In this document: positions 55,093 to 61,725 of the stretch, piece after piece
Position numbering within the stretch: position 1 is the stretch's first letter
Layout: each line of letters starts with the position of its first letter
NCBI GenBank assembly: GCA_007118095.1
Contig: SKSF01000102.1
Location: 531 to 64,530 of the forward strand
From: Dehalococcoidia bacterium
Lineage (GTDB): Bacteria > Chloroflexota > Dehalococcoidia > Tepidiformales > Tepidiformaceae
Direction: 5' to 3'
Length of the DNA: 64,000 bases
Translations under genes and position numbers: made by a program
The notes under the pieces: generated by a model
Database searches by the model: none
The model's input: only the letters and a program-made list of their open reading frames with translations
What the model was told of the DNA's origin: nothing

Positions 55093-58000
55093 ATGAGCAT
55101 CGCCGGCGAATTACTAGCACGACACCGTGACCGGCTCGCGGGCTTCCCGGGGCCACTGACCGAACACTTCGAAGCGGGGCTGAAGGCGCTTTCACCACGG
55201 TTCAGCCCGACCCAGCTGCAGCAGTGGGCCGAGACGGGCGTGGAGCTCACGGCCCTGAACCTGCGCTCGTGGGAAGCGGCGGCCGAGTACTTCAAGGCGG
55301 GGCCGGAATTTGACCCGGCGACGCCGTGGTCGGCCATCGAACACCTGGGAAATGAAGCCATGTCAATGGCGGGCGACTCGACACCGCTGGCCATCTCGTT
55401 CGTCCGCTCGGCGCCAGCGACGCTCCGGATGATCGGCCCAGACCATGTCCGGCAGTGGGCTGACCTCGGACGGCGACTCTACAAGGGCAACTGGAAGAGC
55501 TCGGCGCTCGCCGCGCAGTTCTATGACCTGAGCCCCGATCTTTTCGGCGTGCTCCGCCTCAGCCAGGCGTCCCGGCTCGCGGTCTTTGTCGACGAGCTTT
55601 CGCGGCACAGCTACGAGCTGGCTTCGGCCTGCCTGACGGCCGCGCCGCAGGTGCTCAGTGACCTGGAGCCGGACGACCGGCTCCCGTTCATCACCTACGC
55701 CGTGGAGCTTGCGCAGTCGAGCTGGGCCGATTCACGGCTGTACTTCGAGCGCGGCACGCCGCTGGTACACAAGGTGCACCAGCCGTTGCGCGAACGGTTC
55801 CTTCTCCTGGCGGCGCAGGTGGCGCGCGGGCACAACCGGAGCGCATTCCAGTACCTGGAAGAAGCGGCGAACTCGATGGCCCAGCTCGACCCGGCGACGC
55901 ACCACCGCGTGGTGGAGATGAGCGAGAAGCTCGCGGTCTACTCTCCCTACGCGGCAATGGACTTCATCATCAACACGCCGACAGTGCTCGAGGTGGTACG
56001 GCTCGATGAGCTGGACCCGTGGCACGAGGGAGGCCTGCAGATCCTGAAGTCGAGCCGGGATGGCGGCGAGGCATATTTCCGCCTGCAGTCGACGCGCGGC
56101 GAGGACGTGCTCGAGAACCTTTCCGCCCGGGTCGAATTGACCAGGGTGGGCGAAGTGCTGCGCATGTACTGCAAGGCACTGACGGGGCGCGATGTCCACG
56201 TCCACGCGACAGCCCAGCTCGCCGAGAAGGGCATTGGCTGGTCGGATGAGCAGCGCGCGAGCACGGAAGGCACGACCATCTATCTCCCGGAGATGATGGA
56301 GCGCTACCACGACAAAGACGAAAATTTCGCGGCATTCAAGGTCTTTGCGACGCACCAGGCCGGGCGCCTGGAGTTCGGCAGTTTCGATTTTGACTTCGAC
56401 CGGCCGGCGGTGGTGCTCGAACGGCAACGGCCTGCGCGGGAGGAGACAAGCAGCGGCTTCGTAACGGACATGGAGCGGTTCTTCGACCTCATGCCGAACC
56501 GGAAGCTTGCGTCGGACCTGTTCACCATTACGGAAGACACGCGGATTGACGCGTCCGTAAAGCGCGAATATGGGGGCATCCGCAAGCCCCTCTACCGGAT
56601 GCAGGAGGAAGAACTGGAACGGCGTCCCTCGCCGCGCCAGATGCCGTTGCGCGATGCATTCGTCGAAAACATGGTGCGTGTGAGCCTTGGCGGATCCGAC
56701 TTCATCGAGTGGCCGATGGAGCACAGCCAGCCGATGGCGCTGGCGCTCGGGATCATGGAGCTGATGCTGCGGCCGGAGGCAACAGTCGAGGACGCGGCAG
56801 AGGCGACGATGCGCCTGTACACGCTGGCGTCGTCGATCCCGAACGTCGCGACACAGGAGCTCGCCGAGGGCGAATGGGGCAACGTTGAGCCGATGGAGAG
56901 CAGCGGCCAGGCGATGCCGATGGAAGGCGGCGAGATGGGCGGCGAAGGCGGCCAGCCGCAGTTCGGCGATGTGGGCGAAGGTGAGGGCCAGGAAGGCGAG
57001 GAAGGCGAAGCCGACTACAGCAGCCCTGAACCGGTCGACTTCCGCGGTGACTTCAAGCCAGAGCTGGTGCAGCTCCTGATGAAGCTGCGGGACGGCGCTG
57101 AGGGCGGCGACGCAGGTGAGATGTCGCCGGCGGATCTGACACCGGAACAGCTCGCGGAGCTGATGGAGAAGAGCGCCGAAATCGACCTCGATTCGCTCAT
57201 GGAAGGCGACATCGACAGCAGCTCGGGAATGTTCCTTTCGAACCTGATGAAAGAGGCTGGCACGCCGGCCTCCGAGAAGGACCATGAAAAGGGCGAGGGC
57301 GAGCCGACCAGCGACAGCAGCACGGGCGAGGGAGAAGGCGAAGAGCCGCTGCAGCCCATCGTCACGGTGTATTACTACGACGAGTGGGACTTCCGCGCGC
57401 AGGACTACAAACCACGCTGGTGCGCCGTGAAGGAGTCGAAGCTGCAGGCGGGTGAGGAGAACTTCTACGAAAACACGCTCCGGGAGCATGCCGGCCTCGT
57501 CCAGCAGACGCGCAAGCAGTTCGAGCTCCTGAAGCCCGAAATGTTCCGGAAGATCAAGCGGCTGCCAGACGGTGAGGACATCGACCTTGACCAGGCCATC
57601 GAGTGGATGGTGGAGCACAAGGCGGGCGTGAACCCGAACGAAAAGCTGTACTGGCGGCGGAACAAGGTCGAGCGGGATGTCGCAGTCGCATTCCTCATCG
57701 ATATGTCGGCGAGTACGGATGAAGAGATCAACAAGCGCGACCGGCAGCAGGACGACGGGGATTATGACGACGATCCGCGGAAGTACCTGAGCTGGTGGGT
57801 TTCGAAGCGCCGGCAGGAGCTCGCAACGCCGCCGAAGCGCATCATCGACCTCGAAAAGGAGTCGGCGGTGCTGTTGATGACGGCGCTGGAGACCATCGGC
57901 GACCAGTACGGCATCTACGGGTTTAGCGGATACGGGCGTGACAATGTCGAGTTCTTTGTGATCAAGGATTTCGACGAGCGGCTGGACCAGCCAATCAAGC

Positions 58001-58362
58001 AGCGGCTGGATAACATCACGCCTATTCGTTCGACACGTATGGGCCCGGCGCTGCGTCACGCGACCCACAAGCTCAACTTGACCGAAGCGAAGGTGAAGAT
58101 CCTGGTGCTGTTGAGCGACGGGCGGCCGCAGGACCACGGTTATGGGCGAGACCGAACAGAGAAAGAGTACGCGATCCACGACACGAAGCAGGCACTCAAC
58201 GAGGCCAAGCGCGACGGGATCACACCCTTTGCCCTGACGGTCGACCGTGCGGGCCATGACTACCTGAAGACCATGTGCGAAGACATGGGGTATGAGGTGG
58301 TCGCGGACATCGAGGCGCTGCCGAGCCGCCTGCCAACGCTGTATCGACGCCTCACCGAGTAA
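55093..58362 (+). CDS. Giant CbbO/NorD-like protein: N-terminal helical repeats, NorD/CbbO-like core, acidic low-complexity linker, C-terminal VWA domain with MIDAS
   Basis: 1089 aa. The TIYLPEMMERY..FKVFATHQAGRLEFGSFDF block resembles NorD/CbbO. E/G/D-rich stretch at about 56880..57370. VWA with MIDAS DMSAS (57700..57714) and LLSDGRPQD. Confidence 0.85.
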   Translation: MSIAGELLARHRDRLAGFPGPLTEHFEAGLKALSPRFSPTQLQQWAETGVELTALNLRSWEAAAEYFKAGPEFDPATPWSAIEHLGNEAMSMAGDSTPLAISFVRSAPATLRMIGPDHVRQWADLGRRLYKGNWKSSALAAQFYDLSPDLFGVLRLSQASRLAVFVDELSRHSYELASACLTAAPQVLSDLEPDDRLPFITYAVELAQSSWADSRLYFERGTPLVHKVHQPLRERFLLLAAQVARGHNRSAFQYLEEAANSMAQLDPATHHRVVEMSEKLAVYSPYAAMDFIINTPTVLEVVRLDELDPWHEGGLQILKSSRDGGEAYFRLQSTRGEDVLENLSARVELTRVGEVLRMYCKALTGRDVHVHATAQLAEKGIGWSDEQRASTEGTTIYLPEMMERYHDKDENFAAFKVFATHQAGRLEFGSFDFDFDRPAVVLERQRPAREETSSGFVTDMERFFDLMPNRKLASDLFTITEDTRIDASVKREYGGIRKPLYRMQEEELERRPSPRQMPLRDAFVENMVRVSLGGSDFIEWPMEHSQPMALALGIMELMLRPEATVEDAAEATMRLYTLASSIPNVATQELAEGEWGNVEPMESSGQAMPMEGGEMGGEGGQPQFGDVGEGEGQEGEEGEADYSSPEPVDFRGDFKPELVQLLMKLRDGAEGGDAGEMSPADLTPEQLAELMEKSAEIDLDSLMEGDIDSSSGMFLSNLMKEAGTPASEKDHEKGEGEPTSDSSTGEGEGEEPLQPIVTVYYYDEWDFRAQDYKPRWCAVKESKLQAGEENFYENTLREHAGLVQQTRKQFELLKPEMFRKIKRLPDGEDIDLDQAIEWMVEHKAGVNPNEKLYWRRNKVERDVAVAFLIDMSASTDEEINKRDRQQDDGDYDDDPRKYLSWWVSKRRQELATPPKRIIDLEKESAVLLMTALETIGDQYGIYGFSGYGRDNVEFFVIKDFDERLDQPIKQRLDNITPIRSTRMGPALRHATHKLNLTEAKVKILVLLSDGRPQDHGYGRDRTEKEYAIHDTKQALNEAKRDGITPFALTVDRAGHDYLKTMCEDMGYEVVADIEALPSRLPTLYRRLTE

Positions 58363-58369
58363 CCGGGCG

Positions 58370-58699
58370 ATGGCGGCCTTCCCTTGCCCGGCGCTGGGGA
58401 CGACTGTCGCCCTGGACGATGAACGCGAACGTACGGTGCTGACGTGGCACCCGGAGTTTGACGGGCGTCTGCACACGCTCGCGGGCGCGACCATCACAGA
58501 TCCGGATTTGGTCGACCAGCGGGCTGACCGCCCGGAGATCGGGCTGGTACGTTTCTGGCCGGATTTCCGGGACGGGTGCTTCGTCTGTGTCGTCGTCCGC
58601 GCGGACCGGGTGCCAGGGTTGGCCGGGTACCGCTACTGGGTGGTGACGGTGTACGCGTCCCAAAAGGTGGACACGTGGAAGAGCATGTGGGAACGCTGA
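58370..58699 (+). CDS. 109-aa hypothetical protein, toxin-like position in a two-gene overlapping pair
   Basis: The ATG at 58370 lies 7 nt after the VWA gene stop. It ends ..GYRYWVVTVYASQKV.., weakly reminiscent of DUF4258-type toxins that pair with DUF2283. The family assignment is not secure. Confidence 0.5.
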   Translation: MAAFPCPALGTTVALDDERERTVLTWHPEFDGRLHTLAGATITDPDLVDQRADRPEIGLVRFWPDFRDGCFVCVVVRADRVPGLAGYRYWVVTVYASQKVDTWKSMWER

Positions 58700-58920
58700 T
58701 GATGGCGTACGATCGGGACGGCGACGTGCTCTGGCTCTGTACAGCACCACCATATCCGGCCCAGCTATCGGAAGAAATTGATGACGGCGTGATTGCTCGC
58801 AAGCATCCGCACTCCGGCGATATCGAGGGGATGGAAATCCTGTTCTTCGGGAACCGCTTCGCGGATGGCTGGGAATTGCGCGTGCCGATGCCTGTCAGGC
58901 GCACGGGGACAGGAGCGTAG
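58699..58920 (+). CDS. DUF2283-family protein (antitoxin-like)
   Basis: MMAYDRDGDVLWLCTA....SEEIDDGVIARKHPHSGDIEGMEILFFGNR follows the DUF2283 pattern (YD.e.D.Lyi.l...e....vi.d.d..G.ivGiEil). The start overlaps the upstream stop (TGATG). Confidence 0.65.
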   Translation: MMAYDRDGDVLWLCTAPPYPAQLSEEIDDGVIARKHPHSGDIEGMEILFFGNRFADGWELRVPMPVRRTGTGA

Positions 58921-58922
58921 CC

Positions 58923-59564
58923 ATGCCTATTCTGCTCATCCGGCACGGCGAGTCCGAAGGCAACGCGAGCGGCGTCATCCAGGGCCGGCTCGACGTCGGG
59001 CTGACCGCACTGGGGCGCCAGCAGGCGGGCCAGACGGCCGAGGCGCTCGCGTACGCGGAACCGCCCATCGAGGGGGTCGTTTCAAGCGTCCTCCAGCGGG
59101 CGAGGATGACCGCGGACATCATCGCGGAACGCCTTGGGATTCCAGTCGAGCTGGACGAGGACCTTGTGGAATACGACCACGGGGAGCTGAGCGGGCTGAC
59201 ACGGCAACAGATCGGAGAGCGGTTCCCGCATCTCTCGCAGTCTGGCATCGCGGTCACGCGCGATGGGACCTGGCCATCTATACCCGGCGAAGAGGGGCGC
59301 GACGTCCTGTTCGCCCGGGCACAGCGCGCGCTTGAACGGCTGCAGGCGGACGGGCGGAACGTGGCCGTGGTGACACACGGGGGTTTCATCAACGCGGCAT
59401 GCCATGCGGTGCTGGGCCTGGATTACGTCAACAAGCCACAGGGGTTCCGCTCGGGAAACGCCGGTGTCAGCGAAATCCGCCTGGACCGCCAGGGACGGCC
59501 GATCCTGCACCGACACAACGATGCCTGCCACTTGAAGATCCGGACGCAACCGCTCGAAGCCTAA
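58923..59564 (+). CDS. Histidine phosphatase family protein (phosphoglycerate mutase-like)
   Basis: LLIRHGESEGN (RHG catalytic motif), downstream E and THGG. Confidence 0.88.
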   Translation: MPILLIRHGESEGNASGVIQGRLDVGLTALGRQQAGQTAEALAYAEPPIEGVVSSVLQRARMTADIIAERLGIPVELDEDLVEYDHGELSGLTRQQIGERFPHLSQSGIAVTRDGTWPSIPGEEGRDVLFARAQRALERLQADGRNVAVVTHGGFINAACHAVLGLDYVNKPQGFRSGNAGVSEIRLDRQGRPILHRHNDACHLKIRTQPLEA

Positions 59565-59896
59565 CCGACGACCATATTGATCCAGCCGTTCACCGATACG
59601 AACAGGAACCCTTTGAACCCGACCGGGCGGAACACCACTTCGACGCCGCTGATGACTTCCACGTGACCGACGGACTTCATCACCCAGGCGTGGTCGCCGA
59701 CGCTCGCCACGTCGACGCGGTGGAGTGACGGCCAGAGGATGATCTTGACGCCATCGGCCGGGCCGCCGGGCTCGACGCGGTAGACAGGCGAGCCGTCGGG
59801 CGTATAGGGCTCAACCACGGGTTCGACGCCAAACAGCCTGGCGATGGCCGCGACGGCGTCCGCATCGAGCTGCTCAAAAACCTGTCTTGCGGCCAC
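59561..59896 (-). CDS. Hypothetical protein (111 aa)
   Basis: GC3-rich ORF with no family recognised. Its stop overlaps the convergent histidine phosphatase stop. Confidence 0.5.
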   Translation of the reverse strand: MAARQVFEQLDADAVAAIARLFGVEPVVEPYTPDGSPVYRVEPGGPADGVKIILWPSLHRVDVASVGDHAWVMKSVGHVEVISGVEVVFRPVGFKGFLFVSVNGWINMVVG

Positions 59897-59939
59897 AACC
59901 GCCTCCTGCCCGCATGTCAGCCCAACGAGCCCGCGTGGG

Positions 59940-60269
59940 CTATGCCGGCTTCTCCCTGTCGAGCACTTCCAGGATGGTGTTGGCGATAAGGCGGGCGTGG
60001 GGGTACGGTTTCCAGCCTTCCGGCGTGTTGTAGTAGCGCGAGCCGGCCTGGTATTCCTCGGGCGGGCGGTCGCCGTACTCTACATCGATACCGTTGACGC
60101 GGATCGTGGGGGAACCCAGGAATTTTGCCCGGTGGGCCGCTTCCGAGTCGGTTATTTCGATGTAGTCGACGTCGGCCTCGACGCCGGTGGCTTCGAGCGC
60201 GAGTTTGACGGCCTCTTCAACTTCGGGCTGGCGGCCGACGGATGTGGAATAGAGGTATTCGATCTTCAC
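59940..60269 (-). CDS. Thioredoxin-fold protein of the DUF2703-like type, lacking the usual cysteines
   Basis: MKIEYLYSTSVGRQPE...IEITDSEAAHRAKFLGSPTIRVNGIDVE...AGSRYY follows the pattern I recall as MKIE.LYFeGCP.......v.d.e.A...rFlGSPTiRvdG.Dve......l.CRvY. Ser replaces Cys at both positions. GTG start after GGAG. Confidence 0.55.
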   Translation of the reverse strand: MKIEYLYSTSVGRQPEVEEAVKLALEATGVEADVDYIEITDSEAAHRAKFLGSPTIRVNGIDVEYGDRPPEEYQAGSRYYNTPEGWKPYPHARLIANTILEVLDREKPA

Positions 60270-60374
60270 CGGTCACTCCGCGGTGGTGTTTACGTTTGGC
60301 GGGCGCACCGTTGTGGGTTCGCGCAGCCCCCGGAAGTCTCGCGCCCGGGACGCCAAGCGGCAAGCGCGAGCCGT

Positions 60375-61724
60375 TTAAGACGATTCGTCTTCGCCGCGAA
60401 CCTGGCGCCATCGCTGCACGAGTTCGACTTCTGTGCCAAGCCGTCCGGGACGGTAGAACGGGCCGCGCGAGGCCGCCGGCCCCGGCAGGTAGGTTTCGCC
60501 GCGGGCGACGTGACCGGGTTCGTCGTGTGCGTAGCGGTATCCCTGTCCATAGCCGAACGACTGCATGAGCCCCGTGACCGCGTTCCGCAGGTGCATCGGG
60601 ACCGGCTCATCGGCAGTCGCGGCGGCGGCTTCGCGTGCCGCCAGGTAGCCAAGGTAGGCGCTGTTGCTCTTCGGGGCGAGCGCCAGGTAGGCGGCGCACT
60701 CGGCCATGGGAAGGTAGCCCTCGGGCAGGCCAATGAAATGGACCGCCTGCTGACACGCCGTGGCAACGCTCAGCGCGTGCGGGTCGGCCAGGCCGACGTC
60801 TTCGGCTGCCAGGATGACCATGCGGCGCACGATGAAGAGGGGGTCTTCGCCGGCTTCGAGCATGCGGGCAAGCCAGTAGAGCGCGGCATCCGGGTCGGAG
60901 CCGCGGATGGACTTGATGAAAGCTGAAACGGTGTCGTAATGGGCGTCGCCGGCACGGTCGTGATAGGGTCGGCGATCCTGCAGGGCCTGGCGGACATGCG
61001 GGGCGATGATGACGGCCTCGGCTTCGGATTCGGCCATCCCGGCCGCGAGGTCGAGCACAGTGAGCGCTGCCCGGGCGTCGCTGCCGGCTCCTGCGAGGAG
61101 TGCCTCGCGTGCATCCGCTGCAATCGAAAAGCCGCGCCCCCCGAGACCGTGCTGTTCGTCCGCCAGCGCGCGGTCGACAAGCGACCCGAGTGCGTCTTCG
61201 CCGAGCGGCTGAAGGCGGACAACACGCACACGGCTGAGCAGCGGCGCGATGACTTCAAACGACGGGTTTTCGGTGGTCGCGCCGATGAGGGTGACCGTGC
61301 CGTCTTCCACGTGGGGGAGCACGACATCCTGTTGCGCCTTGTTGAACCGGTGGATCTCATCAATGAAGAGGACGGTGCGCTTGCCGGCCTTGCGTTCGGC
61401 TTTCGCGCCGGCGATGACCTGGCGGAGTTCGGCCACGCCGGAACCGACAGCCGAGACGCTTTCGAACCGGGCGTCGATGTGGTTGGCGAGGACCCGCGCG
61501 AGTGTCGTCTTCCCGCATCCTGGCGGGCCCCAGAGGATGACCGACGGCAGCCGGCCCGTTTCAATCGCTTTGCGCAGCAGAGTACCGGGCCCGACAACCT
61601 CGTCCTGGCCGACGATGTCGTCCACCGTCTGCGGGCGCATCCGGGCGGCGAGCGGCGCATCGGCGGGCAGCGTGTCGTCCTCTCCGAAGTCGAAACCGCC
61701 CTGGTACGCGCCTTTCCGGGCCAT
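60375..61724 (-). CDS. rarA: Replication-associated recombination protein A (RarA/MgsA AAA+ ATPase)
   Basis: Start at the ATG at 61724 (MARKGAYQGG..). LAARMRPQTVDDIVGQ, Walker A WGPPGCGKTT, Walker B VLFIDEIHRFNK, ATTENP, C-terminal MgsA domain (DAALYWLARML..GEDP). Confidence 0.94.
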   Translation of the reverse strand: MARKGAYQGGFDFGEDDTLPADAPLAARMRPQTVDDIVGQDEVVGPGTLLRKAIETGRLPSVILWGPPGCGKTTLARVLANHIDARFESVSAVGSGVAELRQVIAGAKAERKAGKRTVLFIDEIHRFNKAQQDVVLPHVEDGTVTLIGATTENPSFEVIAPLLSRVRVVRLQPLGEDALGSLVDRALADEQHGLGGRGFSIAADAREALLAGAGSDARAALTVLDLAAGMAESEAEAVIIAPHVRQALQDRRPYHDRAGDAHYDTVSAFIKSIRGSDPDAALYWLARMLEAGEDPLFIVRRMVILAAEDVGLADPHALSVATACQQAVHFIGLPEGYLPMAECAAYLALAPKSNSAYLGYLAAREAAAATADEPVPMHLRNAVTGLMQSFGYGQGYRYAHDEPGHVARGETYLPGPAASRGPFYRPGRLGTEVELVQRWRQVRGEDESS

Positions 61725-61725
61725 G

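Noticed and set aside
55732-58497. 921-aa minus-strand ORF opposite the VWA gene
   Set aside because: Same shadow-ORF artefact. The sequence is low-information (Arg/Leu/His/Val-rich) with no start context, whereas the plus strand encodes a clear MIDAS/VWA and a NorD-like core.
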